Assembly: GCA_964442745.1 (NCBI GenBank)
Contig: CAYUAI010000010.1
Span: 3,142 to 67,141 of the forward strand
Length of the DNA: 64,000 nt
Direction of reading: 5' to 3'
Origin: an uncultured Chromatiales bacterium
GTDB taxonomy: Bacteria > Pseudomonadota > Gammaproteobacteria > S012-40
Both the position numbers and the translations under genes were made by a program. A model generated the notes under the pieces. It made no database searches. It was not told the DNA's origin and saw only the letters and a program-made list of their open reading frames with translations. Positions 30,693 to 41,171 of the stretch are shown piece by piece (within the stretch, counting starts at the first letter, position 1; each line of letters opens with the position of its first letter).

Positions 30693-31178
30693 TTATACGG
30701 TCGCGATGGAATGGCCGCCGTAGTTGTTTGATAACTTTTGACCTTTCGGCCCATAGGTATTGCTATGTGATTTGCCTTGCAGGATATCTAAGGCTTGTCG
30801 TGTGGCGTGTTGGCGTAACACGATGACGGTGCCATTAACGGTATTAAGTCGTTGACATGCTTTGGTATGTTTGCATAGTGCATTCCAGTTCATCAGCAGA
30901 CCGAATGTCTCACTCGGGTCGAGCTTTGCGAGGAAAAGGCGAATATTTTGTTCCGAAATGTCAACCTGAGAAGCGGCTAATAATTGTTGCCAATTCTTAT
31001 TCAACTTGTCTAGGTCGTCGATCACTTTTTGCTTTTTTTGGATGATCTCATCCAGCCCAAGTGATTTGGCGGTATTTAATGTGGCATATTCACGTTCCAT
31101 CAAGTTTTTTAATGCAACGGTCATTGTCAGCTGTTTATCAAGCAGTGGTTTTAGCGTTTTTACAAATTTGTCATTCAT
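30693..31178 (-). CDS. flgN: Flagellar export chaperone FlgN
   Basis: The C-terminus LDILQGKSHSNTYGPKGQKLSNNYGGHSIATV parallels the E. coli FlgN tail. The gene lies in the flgNMA context. Confidence 0.75.
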   Translation of the reverse strand: MNDKFVKTLKPLLDKQLTMTVALKNLMEREYATLNTAKSLGLDEIIQKKQKVIDDLDKLNKNWQQLLAASQVDISEQNIRLFLAKLDPSETFGLLMNWNALCKHTKACQRLNTVNGTVIVLRQHATRQALDILQGKSHSNTYGPKGQKLSNNYGGHSIATV

Positions 31179-31501
31179 GTGGAAAGTTTAGCACGAATCA
31201 TGCCTTCTATTTCAATAAGTTTGTCTGCGACTTTTTCTGGATCGACGGTGAAGGTGCCTTGAGCGATTTGTGCTTTTATTGCATTGACTTTTTCCATATT
31301 CACCACCGGTTCTGCCGCGAGTTTAGCTTCAATTTGCTGTAATTGTGTTGCCGTATTTGTGATGTTGATCGTATCACTGGTAGGAAGCTTCGCTCGCGAT
31401 ACTTCATCGGTCTTTTTGATGGGGGTAGTATGACTTATTTTTACATTTTCCGTGGCTATCGCACGATTGGCGTGAGATGAGCCTGAAATTTCGTTGGCCA
31501 T
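31175..31501 (-). CDS. flgM: Anti-sigma-28 factor FlgM
   Basis: The C-terminus VNMEKVNAIKAQIAQGTFTVDPEKVADKLIEIEGMIRAKL is the classic FlgM sigma-28-binding region. The ATG at 31501 follows the RBS AAGAGGA. The ORF track extends the ORF to 31648. Confidence 0.8.
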   Translation of the reverse strand: MANEISGSSHANRAIATENVKISHTTPIKKTDEVSRAKLPTSDTINITNTATQLQQIEAKLAAEPVVNMEKVNAIKAQIAQGTFTVDPEKVADKLIEIEGMIRAKLST

Positions 31502-31536
31502 AAATAAAATCCTCTTTAAAGATATTCGACCTAGAA

Positions 31537-31566
31537 CCATTGTCGACACGCAATTTAAAATCTTTA
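31537..31566 (-). promoter_or_regulatory. Sigma-28 (FliA)-like promoter upstream of flgM
   Basis: The minus strand reads TAAAGATT-N11-GTCGACAA, against the consensus TAAAGTTT-N11-GCCGATAA. Confidence 0.4.
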
Positions 31567-31734
31567 GATTTTTTTTTGTGACAAGGTGCTCACTATTGGA
31601 TGTTGGTGCTAAGAAGAATTTATAGCCTAAAATAGGGGGAGGATGCAACTGAAATATAAATATTACAGCGATTCAGGTTTAGGGGAGGAGGTGGGTAACG
31701 TTATGGTTTGTTGTTATAACATATTGTATTTTAA

Positions 31735-32472
31735 TCAAATACGAACGGCGACTTGGCCGATTTGTATAATAACAGCTTGAATTGTTTTTTTTGACGATAA
31801 ATTTTTGACGCGAATGACTTGTCCCTTAATACCGTTAGCTAAAGCCTTACCGACCATCCGAACTTCCAGGCCGCCTAATAGTGCGATGATGTGTACGGTT
31901 TCTCCTTTTTTAACTAAATAAGCCGGCTTCAACATGCTGGGTGTTAATACACTGTTAGCCCGTATCGGGCGCAGCGTGATGAGCCCTTCGATTTCTTCGA
32001 TGCTTTGATAGTAGCCGCGACGGTAACGACTGAGCTCTTTTTTCACGAGATGTATATGGTTTGGTGTTAGCTGAGTGTGACGAGTTAAGGGTCGACTTGT
32101 GACAACCACATTCCCATATTTTTTAACGATAACTGGGATGTAAAGGTTCCATGGTTTGGGTTTATGGCATTTTACACCGACGGATGTGCGTCGTTGGATG
32201 GATTGATTGGTTGGCAGATAGAGTGTCAATGGAGTTTCGCAGGCGGCGAGCTTAAGTCGATGGTCTAATTTGTTAACGGTGATTTCTATATGATTTTTTT
32301 TAGGGTTATCCAGTTGTTTTAAAACAAAGGAATGGACAGCGCTTTCAATTTCTTCGAGTGATTGAATTGTCTGTTGAGCCATACTTACATAAGGCAAGAT
32401 CATCATGAAGCAGAGCATTGGTATTTGTAAAACCAATAAGCCCTTTTTTATGAATGGGTAAGGGGTGGGCAA
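31735..32472 (-). CDS. flgA: Flagellar basal-body P-ring formation chaperone FlgA
   Basis: It has a signal peptide and a C-terminal SAF domain ...GQVIRVKNLSSKKTIQAVIIQIGQVAV. Confidence 0.85.
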   Translation of the reverse strand: MPTPYPFIKKGLLVLQIPMLCFMMILPYVSMAQQTIQSLEEIESAVHSFVLKQLDNPKKNHIEITVNKLDHRLKLAACETPLTLYLPTNQSIQRRTSVGVKCHKPKPWNLYIPVIVKKYGNVVVTSRPLTRHTQLTPNHIHLVKKELSRYRRGYYQSIEEIEGLITLRPIRANSVLTPSMLKPAYLVKKGETVHIIALLGGLEVRMVGKALANGIKGQVIRVKNLSSKKTIQAVIIQIGQVAVRI

Positions 32473-32550
32473 GCTATTGTCCTTTTTTAAAAGCGATGGC
32501 TATTATGAACAGCAAACATTGGACCGGTTTTTTTAAGCTGTTCGCTAAGC

Positions 32551-32910
32551 ATGAATATTTTGTTAGGATTACTCAGCAAGGTGTCGATAGTAAAGCATTC
32601 GTTAAGTGACATTGGATTTTCTATCATGGTAGGTTTATTGATCGGTGTTGACCAGCGAACTCAATTTGTTGGGCGCAATCGCTTGGAATTATTATTGTTT
32701 TGGCTTAATGGGCAGCGCTGCGATGGTATTCCTGTGTTTAAAGTACAGGAAGTATTGCGGTGTCTGGTATTAAACAATGTGCCGAATGCATATCCCGCTG
32801 TTTGTCGGGAGGTGACGTTGCGTGATAAAACCATCACAATGATTGATTTGCAAAGGGTTGTTGGCATCGGTTCGGTGGATGATTCGTCAATGAGATCAGC
32901 CATTGAGTAA
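32551..32910 (+). CDS. Short CheW-like domain protein (probable truncated cheV remnant)
   Basis: ELLLFWLNGQRCDGIPVFKVQEVLRCLVLNNVPNAYPAVCREVTLRDKTITMIDLQRVV resembles a CheW domain core. There is no receiver domain. The next gene, cheR, overlaps its 3' end. An in-frame stop lies 45 nt upstream of the ATG. Confidence 0.45.
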   Translation: MNILLGLLSKVSIVKHSLSDIGFSIMVGLLIGVDQRTQFVGRNRLELLLFWLNGQRCDGIPVFKVQEVLRCLVLNNVPNAYPAVCREVTLRDKTITMIDLQRVVGIGSVDDSSMRSAIE

Positions 32911-33736
32911 ACGTAAATTAACAAATTTGGTTTATGATGGCTTCCGAGAATTTCTGGAGCAAGCCTGCGGGATTGTGCTAGGCGATAATAAGCACTATTT
33001 AGTTAGCAGTCGTTTAAATCGCTTGATTGATAAATATGGTTTTACTTCTTATGGTGAATTGCTCGATCAACTACGTAGTAATAAATATCCGAGCTTGCAA
33101 GAAAGTGTCATCAATGCGATGACAACCAATGAAACTTTATGGTTTCGTGACCAATATCCCTTTGATATTGCGCAGCATGTTATTTTTCCTGAATACGCTA
33201 GACTAAAATGCAGACCTTTTCGAATCTGGTCGGCGGCTTGTTCGTCAGGACAAGAGCCTTATTCTTTGAGCATTTTGGTGCAAGAATATATCGCTAAGCA
33301 TCCCGGCTCATTTGCGGCGGGTGTGCAAATTATTGCCACGGATATTTCTTCATCAATGCTGCAAGAATGTCACCAAGGTATGTATGATACGGCGGTATTA
33401 TCACGTGGACTATCGGAAGCGCGCAAAAAAAAATTCTTGACCGAGTGTGGCCGCCAGTGGAAAGTTAAGCCTGAAATTAAAAACAGAGTTGAATTCAAAA
33501 ATTTAAATTTACAAAACTCCTATATTGGTCTAGGAAAATTTGATGTGATTTTTTGTCGGAATGTATTGATATATTTTTCTTCTGAGTTTAAAAAAGATAT
33601 TTTAAATAGACTGGGTGACGTGCTTCATCCAAAAGCTTATTTGATGTTGGGTGGTTCAGAAACGCCAAACCGTTATACGGATATTTATCAAATGCTAAGA
33701 ACATCACAAGGTGTGGTGTATCAAAAAATAGAGTAA
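32903..33736 (+). CDS. cheR: Chemotaxis protein methyltransferase CheR
   Basis: A CheR N-terminal helical domain is followed by a SAM-dependent methyltransferase domain. The marker strings are TNETLWFRD, IWSAACSSGQEPYSL and VIFCRNVLIYF. Confidence 0.9.
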   Translation: MSKRKLTNLVYDGFREFLEQACGIVLGDNKHYLVSSRLNRLIDKYGFTSYGELLDQLRSNKYPSLQESVINAMTTNETLWFRDQYPFDIAQHVIFPEYARLKCRPFRIWSAACSSGQEPYSLSILVQEYIAKHPGSFAAGVQIIATDISSSMLQECHQGMYDTAVLSRGLSEARKKKFLTECGRQWKVKPEIKNRVEFKNLNLQNSYIGLGKFDVIFCRNVLIYFSSEFKKDILNRLGDVLHPKAYLMLGGSETPNRYTDIYQMLRTSQGVVYQKIE

Positions 33737-33916
33737 GGCGTGTTTCCGATCTCTTAATTTTTCGGGTAATTTTTCCATTGTCTGTTCACTTCCTCTTGTG
33801 GGTATCTCTGCTGTGCTTCTCTATGAGCTAGTCGATAAGCGGCTAAGCCTTGCCGTTAGCCCTACCATCAATGCATTGCTAACTTACAACTTGCTGAATT
33901 AAATATATAAAAATAA

Positions 33917-33932
33917 TGGCGTAAAGCTTGCT
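33917..33932 (+). promoter_or_regulatory. Sigma-54 promoter upstream of flgB
   Basis: TGGCGTAAAGCTTGCT fits the -24 GG / -12 GC spacing of TGGCAC-N5-TTGCW. It ends 36 nt before the flgB ATG. Confidence 0.5.
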
Positions 33933-33967
33933 TCGTTTGTAAAAACGATTTTTATTAGGAGTAAAAA

Positions 33968-34369
33968 ATGCGATTTAATTTAGATAAGGCGATGGGGATA
34001 CACGAGCAAGCAATGTATGTGCGAGCCAAAAGAACGTCTATTTTAGCCTCGAATATCGCCAATGCCGATACGCCTAATTATAAAGCAAGAGATATGGATT
34101 TTAAGCGTATTTTGCAGCAGAGTATGCATGGTCAACCAGCAGATATGATGCGTACCACGCATGCGAAGCATATACAAGTGGGTCCAACAGGGGAGTTAGC
34201 GAATGAATTGTTATATCGCAGTCCTTTGCAACCTTCCATTGATGGTAATACGGTAGATTCTCAAATTGAGAAGGCTGAATTTTCAGCGAATGCAATTCAA
34301 TATCAAGCGAGCGTACATTTTTTAGGTGGTAAGATAAAGTCTTTGTTGGCAGCGATAAAAGGAGAATAA
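33968..34369 (+). CDS. flgB: Flagellar basal-body rod protein FlgB
   Basis: The N-terminal rod motif is ...ILASNIANADTPNYKARD. The gene is 133 aa. Confidence 0.9.
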   Translation: MRFNLDKAMGIHEQAMYVRAKRTSILASNIANADTPNYKARDMDFKRILQQSMHGQPADMMRTTHAKHIQVGPTGELANELLYRSPLQPSIDGNTVDSQIEKAEFSANAIQYQASVHFLGGKIKSLLAAIKGE

Positions 34370-34374
34370 AGTAT

Positions 34375-34800
34375 ATGTCTTTGTTTGATGTATTTCAAAT
34401 ATCGGGCTCAGGGTTGAGCTCCCAATCGATACGTCTGAATGTGACGGCCAGTAATTTAGCGAATGCAGAAACCGTGAGTAGTAGCACTGAAAAAACCTAT
34501 CGTGCCCGACAGCCGGTTTTTGCCACCTTGTTAAGCGAATTTAGCAATGGCACGTCGAAGCAAGCGGGTGTAGGTGTACAAGTCATGGGGATTGTTGAAG
34601 ACCAAAGCGAATTGCGAACTCGTTATGAACCCGAGCATCCGATGGCCAATGAAGATGGATACATTTTTTTGCCGAACGTGAATACCGTCGAAGAAATGGC
34701 TAACCTGATGTCCGCCTCTCGTTCTTACCAGAATAATGTGGAAGCAATTAATACTTCTAAGCAATTATTGATGGCAACCCTGCGCCTTGGGCAGCAATAA
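34375..34800 (+). CDS. flgC: Flagellar basal-body rod protein FlgC
   Basis: MSLFDVFQISGSGLSSQSIRLNVTASNLANAET... with the C-terminal motif SRSYQNNVEAINTSKQLLMATLRLGQ. Confidence 0.9.
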   Translation: MSLFDVFQISGSGLSSQSIRLNVTASNLANAETVSSSTEKTYRARQPVFATLLSEFSNGTSKQAGVGVQVMGIVEDQSELRTRYEPEHPMANEDGYIFLPNVNTVEEMANLMSASRSYQNNVEAINTSKQLLMATLRLGQQ

Positions 34801-34825
34801 AAGGGTGTCGCTGGAGTGAGATACC

Positions 34826-35506
34826 ATGGCAAAGATTAACCCAGATTCACCATTAATTGATCAGCTCAGCATACAGAAAAAACAAGCGGAAGAAGCGAAA
34901 AAACGAGATACCTTAGGCCAAAAAGATTTTTTAGATTTAATGATCGCTCAATTTGAAAATCAAAATCCTAATAAGCCCATGGATAATGGTGATTTTTTAG
35001 CGCAAATGGCACAGTTTAGTACGGTGAGTGGCATCCAGGAGATGCAGAAATCATTCAATGAATTAAGCAACTCGCTTGTTTCCAATCAAGCTTTGCAAGC
35101 TTCGAGTCTGGTGGGTCGCCAGGTCTTGGTTCCCTCGGATGTCGTTGAGCTAACAGAGCAAGGTGGTATGTCGGGTGCTGTTGAGTTAACTGAGAGTACC
35201 AGTGATTTGGTGATTTCCATTCAAAACGATGCCGGTCAATTAGTTAAACGTTTATCCATGGGTTCGCAAACGCCAGGAATGGTTAAGTTTGATTGGAACG
35301 GTACTGGAGAAAACGGCGAAGCTTTGCCGGCTGGCAAATACTCGATTGCAGCTGAAGCGAATACCGTCAATGGACAACGTGGATTACAACCGTTGGTGGT
35401 GGTGCCGGTAGAAAGTGTCTCATTGGGGCGGGCAGGACAATCCATGACATTGAATATTGGTGGTTTAGGCTCCGTAGGAATGAATGCAGTTAGGGAAATT
35501 ATTTAA
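34826..35506 (+). CDS. flgD: Flagellar hook capping/assembly protein FlgD
   Basis: The FlgD N-terminal KDFLDLMIAQFENQNP is followed by a Tudor/Ig-like C-terminal domain. Confidence 0.85.
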   Translation: MAKINPDSPLIDQLSIQKKQAEEAKKRDTLGQKDFLDLMIAQFENQNPNKPMDNGDFLAQMAQFSTVSGIQEMQKSFNELSNSLVSNQALQASSLVGRQVLVPSDVVELTEQGGMSGAVELTESTSDLVISIQNDAGQLVKRLSMGSQTPGMVKFDWNGTGENGEALPAGKYSIAAEANTVNGQRGLQPLVVVPVESVSLGRAGQSMTLNIGGLGSVGMNAVREII

Positions 35507-35573
35507 AGTAATAGAGATAATTTTTAATCTCTGTTACTGGTATTATTAACAAAAAATAAAAGGATAAATTATT

Positions 35574-36887
35574 ATGCCATTTCGTGTTGCATTAACCGGC
35601 TTGCGCGCCGCCTCGACGGAATTAAAAATTACCGGTAATAATATTGCGAATTCTTCAACGACAGGCTTTAAGCAGTCACGCGCAGAGTTTGTTGATGTTT
35701 ATGCAGCAAGCTCGGGATCGATTGCAAGCGTGACGGCAGGCAGTGGGGTGCGTGTTGCGGAAATTCGTCAAATATTCAGCCAGGGGAATATCGATTATAC
35801 CGATAATAGTACTGATTTAGCGATTACTGGTGATGGATTTTTTGTCGTCAAGGATGAGCAAGGGCAGTATTTTTCACGGGCGGGTGCCTTTGGGCTTGAC
35901 GAAAAAGGATTTGTGACCAATGCCACAGGTCAGAAGTTACAAGTTTTCGATCCGGTGACGGTGGGTAATCAAACGAGCTTTAATACTGGGCGATTAGTTG
36001 ATTTAAAATTGAATACGGATATTGGAGCACCACAAGAAACCAGCTTGGTTTCAGCTGATTTAAATCTAAACGCGGATGTGACACCTTTTACGGTTGTCGG
36101 TACGGCCTCGGATGTAACGACCACTCCATTTGATGCGGCTGACCCTACGACTTACAACCATGTGACATCGACCTCAATCTATGATTCGTTGGGTGTGCCG
36201 CAGGTTGCCACGACCTATTATCGAAAAGTAGATACGGCACCGACGGGTGGAAATTTTCCAAATACTTGGCAGACTTTTTATTTTGTTAATGGGCAGCAAA
36301 TTGATCCATTGGGTGCAGCGGAAAATGCACCCGGTGTTTTGGAATTTAATCCTGATGGCACATTAAATACGGTATCCCCGCCAGGGCTTAATAGTCCCAA
36401 TGAAATATCTTATGCGCCGTTTAATCCTGGGACGGGGGCAAGTAATATTAGTTTGGCTTATGAATATGTTGATACCACTCAATTTGGCAGCGATTTTTCT
36501 GTCAACGCCTTATCGCAAGATGGTTTTTCTACGGGTATGTTGTCAGGGTTTGATGTATCAGAGGATGGTATTGTATTCGCACGTTATACCAATGGCAATG
36601 CGGATGCACTTGGCATGGTCGCATTGGCCACATTTGCTAACCCACAAGGTTTAGGGGTGGCAGGGGATAATTTGTGGATTGAGTCGAGTAATGCGGGTGA
36701 CTTAGTTTTAGGGCAGCCAGGATCTTCAAATTTAGGCTTAATACAATCCGGAGCGCTAGAGTCATCTAATGTAGAGGTGGCTGATCAATTGGTTAACTTA
36801 ATTGTGGCGCAGCGAAACTATCAAGCTAATGCTGAGGTGATATCGACGGCAGATACCATTGCTCAAACATTGATTAATATTCGATAA
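35574..36887 (+). CDS. flgE: Flagellar hook protein FlgE
   Basis: The rod/hook N-terminal motif is LTGLRAASTELKITGNNIANSSTTGFK. The C-terminal motif is ...LESSNVEVADQLVNLIVAQRNYQANAEVISTADTI. Confidence 0.9.
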   Translation: MPFRVALTGLRAASTELKITGNNIANSSTTGFKQSRAEFVDVYAASSGSIASVTAGSGVRVAEIRQIFSQGNIDYTDNSTDLAITGDGFFVVKDEQGQYFSRAGAFGLDEKGFVTNATGQKLQVFDPVTVGNQTSFNTGRLVDLKLNTDIGAPQETSLVSADLNLNADVTPFTVVGTASDVTTTPFDAADPTTYNHVTSTSIYDSLGVPQVATTYYRKVDTAPTGGNFPNTWQTFYFVNGQQIDPLGAAENAPGVLEFNPDGTLNTVSPPGLNSPNEISYAPFNPGTGASNISLAYEYVDTTQFGSDFSVNALSQDGFSTGMLSGFDVSEDGIVFARYTNGNADALGMVALATFANPQGLGVAGDNLWIESSNAGDLVLGQPGSSNLGLIQSGALESSNVEVADQLVNLIVAQRNYQANAEVISTADTIAQTLINIR

Positions 36888-36908
36888 TAAACCGAGTGAG
36901 ATATTGAT

Positions 36909-37649
36909 ATGGATCGTATGCTGTATATTGGGATGACCGGTGCAAAAGAGAGTTTGTTATCGCAAGCTGTTAACTCACACAATTTGGCGAATATTAGTAC
37001 GACTGGATTTAAGGCAGAACTTGCTCAATTTAGAAGTATGCCGGTATATGGTGACGGGCATCCCAGTCGAGCTTTTTCAATGACAGAGAGGCCGGCGACT
37101 GATTTTAGCCCTGGTCCATTGGATAGTACTGGGCGACCATTAGATATGGCTATTTCAGGTGATGGCTGGATTGCCATACAAAATGATGAGGGCGTTGAAG
37201 CTTATACCCGCGCGGGCAATTTAAGTGTTTCACCGGAAGGTTTTTTGCTGACAGCTTCTGGTTATCGAGTATTGGGTGCCAGTGGTCCCGTTTCCATACC
37301 GCCGGCAGAAAATATGAATATAGGGAATGATGGAACCATCACCATACGTCAGATTGGGCAGCGGGCCGCCACATTAGCGGTTGTGGATCGTATCAAATTA
37401 GTTAATCCGGATAGCGCCGACCTGAAAAAAGGCAAAGATGGCTTAATATATCTGAAAGATGGTGGAGTTGCAGATAATGATCTCAATGTCAAGTTGATTA
37501 CAGGCGTGCTAGAGCGTAGTAATGTGAGTGCTGTAGATGCCATGGTGACGATGATTAGCTTGGCAAGAAATTATGAAATGCAAATAAAAATCATGGCAAC
37601 GGCTAAAGAGAATGATGAAGCCAGTGCGAAATTAATGCGTATTAGCTAA
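36909..37649 (+). CDS. flgF: Flagellar basal-body rod protein FlgF
   Basis: MDRMLYIGMTGAKESLLSQAVNSHNLANISTTGFK... with the C-terminal motif LERSNVSAVDAMVTMISLARNYEMQ. Confidence 0.9.
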   Translation: MDRMLYIGMTGAKESLLSQAVNSHNLANISTTGFKAELAQFRSMPVYGDGHPSRAFSMTERPATDFSPGPLDSTGRPLDMAISGDGWIAIQNDEGVEAYTRAGNLSVSPEGFLLTASGYRVLGASGPVSIPPAENMNIGNDGTITIRQIGQRAATLAVVDRIKLVNPDSADLKKGKDGLIYLKDGGVADNDLNVKLITGVLERSNVSAVDAMVTMISLARNYEMQIKIMATAKENDEASAKLMRIS

Positions 37650-37683
37650 TATCTCTCTGAGATTAATTAAATAGGTAAACACT

Positions 37684-38469
37684 ATGGATCGTAGCTTGTG
37701 GGTAGCAAAAACGGGGCTGGAGTCTCAGCAGACGCGGATGGCGGTTATTTCCAACAATTTAGCTAATGTGAGTACTGTTGGTTTCAAAAAAACTCGGGCA
37801 AATTTTGAAGATTTGATTTATCAAAATGTGCGGCAAGCCGGTGCACAATCCAGCGAAGATACGGTATTACCTTCTGGATTAATGTTGGGCAGTGGTGTGC
37901 GTACTGTGTCGACAGAAAAAATCCATGCGCAAGGCAATATGATTATTACTGATAATCCATATGATCTTGCCATTCAGGGGCGAGGATTTTTTCAAACATT
38001 GTTACCCAGTGGAGAGATTGGTTATACGCGAGATGGTGCCTTTAGTTTAAATGGTACAGGACAGATGGTCAATTCTAGCGGTTATTTGTTGCAACCAGCA
38101 ATTACCATCCCAGAAAATGCTCAGTCAGTAACCATTGGCTCGGATGGTATCGTTACCGTGATGCAGCGGGGTGACGTCGCCCCTGTGCAAGTAGGTAATA
38201 TTGAAACGATTGATTTTATTAATCCTGGTGGATTGCAACCGATGGGAGAAAATATGTATGTGGAAACCGTTGCCAGCGGCGCACCTCAAGCAGGAACGCC
38301 AGGTTTGCAAGGCTTAGGAGGGTTAATCCAAGGCTCTTTAGAAAGTTCAAATGTGAATGTTGTGGAGGAATTAGTTAATATGATTGAAACTCAGCGTGCC
38401 TATGAGATGAACTCCAAGGCAATCTCAACCACAGATAGTATGCTGGGTTATTTAAGTAATAATTTATAA
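37684..38469 (+). CDS. flgG: Flagellar basal-body distal rod protein FlgG
   Basis: [35 protein letters not shown]... with the C-terminal motif [29 protein letters not shown]. Confidence 0.92.
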   Translation: MDRSLWVAKTGLESQQTRMAVISNNLANVSTVGFKKTRANFEDLIYQNVRQAGAQSSEDTVLPSGLMLGSGVRTVSTEKIHAQGNMIITDNPYDLAIQGRGFFQTLLPSGEIGYTRDGAFSLNGTGQMVNSSGYLLQPAITIPENAQSVTIGSDGIVTVMQRGDVAPVQVGNIETIDFINPGGLQPMGENMYVETVASGAPQAGTPGLQGLGGLIQGSLESSNVNVVEELVNMIETQRAYEMNSKAISTTDSMLGYLSNNL

Positions 38470-38485
38470 GCTAGTTGTTAAATCA

Positions 38486-39157
38486 ATGAAAAAATATCAA
38501 TTAATCGCATGGACTGTTTTTGTGATGGGATGCAGTGCTAATCCACCCCTAAAGCCCGCCCCTGAATTTGTTCCTATTCGTCCGATTTTGTCATCGCCCG
38601 CGCCACAAGGTAATGGCAGTATTTATCAAGCAGGTTATGGCATCGATTTGTTTTCAGATACGTCCGCTAAGCGGGTGGGTGATATTATTAATATTATTTT
38701 GAGAGAAAACACCAAAGCGCAAAAAAGTGCAAGCACGAGTACCTCAAAGGGCAGTAACGTAGAAGCGGCGGCACCGATTATTTTTGGTGGTGGTGTGAGC
38801 GCATTCGGGCAAAATGTATTATCCACCTCTTTAGCGGGCTCGAGTGATTTTTCTGGGCAAGGTAATTCTCGGCAAAGCAACAGTTTGTCAGGGAGCATCA
38901 GTGTGACGGTGTCAGAAGTACTGGCTAACGGCAATCTTGTGGTGCAAGGTGAAAAAAGATTAACGCTGAATCAAGGCAGTGAGCATATTCGTTTTTCAGG
39001 CATTGTTAGGTTGGCAGATATCGGTAGCGATAATACCGTATTATCGAGCAATGTTGCCAATTCGCAAATTATTTATAGCGGTTCAGGTCCCGTTGCCAGT
39101 GCTAATGAACAAGGCTGGTTAACTCGTTTTTTCAATAGTTCCTGGTGGCCATTTTAA
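38486..39157 (+). CDS. flgH: Flagellar L-ring lipoprotein FlgH
   Basis: The lipobox is VFVMGCSA. The FlgH core contains ...VGDIINIILRENTKAQK... and ...VQGEKRLTLNQGSEHIRFSGIV. Confidence 0.9.
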   Translation: MKKYQLIAWTVFVMGCSANPPLKPAPEFVPIRPILSSPAPQGNGSIYQAGYGIDLFSDTSAKRVGDIINIILRENTKAQKSASTSTSKGSNVEAAAPIIFGGGVSAFGQNVLSTSLAGSSDFSGQGNSRQSNSLSGSISVTVSEVLANGNLVVQGEKRLTLNQGSEHIRFSGIVRLADIGSDNTVLSSNVANSQIIYSGSGPVASANEQGWLTRFFNSSWWPF

Positions 39158-39175
39158 TGTTGCAAGGGACAGTAT

Positions 39176-40282
39176 ATGTTAACCTTAATGAATAAAATAA
39201 TTTTTCTTAGTTTGACGATGGTTATTGTGTGCCAGGTGCAAGCGGATCGTATTAAAGATATTTCTGATGTCGCCAGCGTGCGAAGTAATCAGTTAGTGGG
39301 TTATGGTATTGTGGTTGGCTTAAATGGTACGGGTGATCAAACCAGTCAGACGCCTTTTACTGTGCAAAGCATGAAAAGTATGTTGTCGCAATTTGGTATT
39401 ACTTTACCGCCGGGTGTTGTGCCACAACTAAAAAATGTGGCGGCAGTTTCTATTCATGCCGATTTGCCAGCCTTTGCTAAGCCAGGGCAACGAATCGATG
39501 TGACGGTATCCTCTATTGGTAATTCAAAAAGCCTGCGTGGTGGAAGTTTGCTAATGACCCCATTGAAAGGGGTCGATGGTAATGTTTATGCCATTGCTCA
39601 AGGCAATCTTGTGGTGAGCGGGTTTGGGGCGGCGGCGGATGGCTCAAGTGTGACAGTGAATATACCCAGCAGTGGTCGAATACCTAATGGGGCAACCGTG
39701 GAACGTGGTGTAGAAACTTCATTTCAAAAAGGAAATTCGATTGTACTCAATTTACATGTACCGGATTTTACGACGGCCCATCGTTTGGCGCAAGCGATCA
39801 ATGCGGAATTAGGGGAGGAAACGGCGCAAGCGATCGATGGATCTTCGATTTCGGTACGAGCACCACGCGATCCATCACAGCGTGTTTCATTTGTCTCCGT
39901 ATTAGAAAATATTCAAGTGAACCCAGCAGATGCGCCAGCCAGAGTGATTATCAATTCAAGAACGGGCACGGTAGTAATTGGCAGTCATGTGAGGGTGACA
40001 CCGGCGGCCGTGACACATGGGAGTTTAACTGTGCGGATCACCGCACGCCCAGAGGCAAGTCAACCTGGGGCTTTGTCCGGTGGCAATACGGTGGTGACGC
40101 CAAATACAGATATTGATGTGAGCCAAGAGAGGAATCGTATGTTTCTATTTAATCCCGGCATTTCATTGGATGAGATTGTGCGTGCGGTTAACGAGGTCGG
40201 TGCGGCGCCGGGCGACTTGGTTGCCATTTTAGAAGCACTTAAGGAGGCTGGTGCATTAAGGGCTGAATTGATTGTGATATAG
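39176..40282 (+). CDS. flgI: Flagellar P-ring protein FlgI
   Basis: A signal peptide is followed by the P-ring core [15 protein letters not shown]. The C-terminus is ...[21 protein letters not shown]. Confidence 0.9.
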   Translation: MLTLMNKIIFLSLTMVIVCQVQADRIKDISDVASVRSNQLVGYGIVVGLNGTGDQTSQTPFTVQSMKSMLSQFGITLPPGVVPQLKNVAAVSIHADLPAFAKPGQRIDVTVSSIGNSKSLRGGSLLMTPLKGVDGNVYAIAQGNLVVSGFGAAADGSSVTVNIPSSGRIPNGATVERGVETSFQKGNSIVLNLHVPDFTTAHRLAQAINAELGEETAQAIDGSSISVRAPRDPSQRVSFVSVLENIQVNPADAPARVIINSRTGTVVIGSHVRVTPAAVTHGSLTVRITARPEASQPGALSGGNTVVTPNTDIDVSQERNRMFLFNPGISLDEIVRAVNEVGAAPGDLVAILEALKEAGALRAELIVI

Positions 40283-41171
40283 CTGATATTCGAATGGGTA
40301 GGCGCACAGGTAAAAAATAAGTGTAAATAGGTGCTTGCTTGGGCTATTTGCATTGAAACAGTTTTTTAGTCTACAATTGAAGCGGCGGCGTGCGGATTTT
40401 GAAAATGATAGTGCTAACCGTTTCATGCAATGCCATCCGTAAGGGAATGACGGATAAAATTTATTCCTTTATGGCTGAGGATGAGCGTTAGCACTATACC
40501 AATATACTAGTAGGCTAGCAGCGGATTTGCAACTTAGGTATACTCCGCTGCGGATGAATGTTAGCTGACTATTTCGAATGCGTGGTAAAGTGTCGCGTTG
40601 GCTTTGATAAAAATAGCACCAATTTTTTTTCACTCAGTATAATCTGGGTATTACTTCTTTGGCTAACGTGATTGAGATTGATGAAACAAGTAATCGATGT
40701 TTTCGGTTAGTTTCTTAGAGATAAAACCCCATATGCCTGCTATACTAGCGTCGATGTTGGCAGTCAGGGATGGATTTTATTGGTCGCTTTTATATTGCAA
40801 ATTAATGATTGATTCGCCGACACGCCGTTAGCTTGTTTGACTGAAATAACGTCGGGTAAGCTGGGTGTTTGACGTTTGCAAGGTGAATTTGATTCCGGCG
40901 TTTACACATTTTGCTAGCGCAAATGAGCGGTAGTTTTGGATTGGTTGAAATATAGCCTTCAAGCGTATTGTGCAATTAATGAGCTGGTATTATAAAGATA
41001 GCAAAATGAAAAAAGGGAGTTTATTTTAGGGGGAATCCTTAAAATATTTAGGCGTTGTTCAATGAAAAGTCGGCTTTGCCACAAGCTTGAGCGGTTTAGT
41101 GCTCAAGGTATCGTCAATAAAACGTGATTATACTTTGGTCATGTATTGAGAGTTTGGCCGAGAGAGGGGGG

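Noticed and set aside
32661-32924. 87 aa minus-strand ORF overlapping the cheW-like gene and the cheR start
   Set aside because: It is antisense to better-supported genes and has no motifs.
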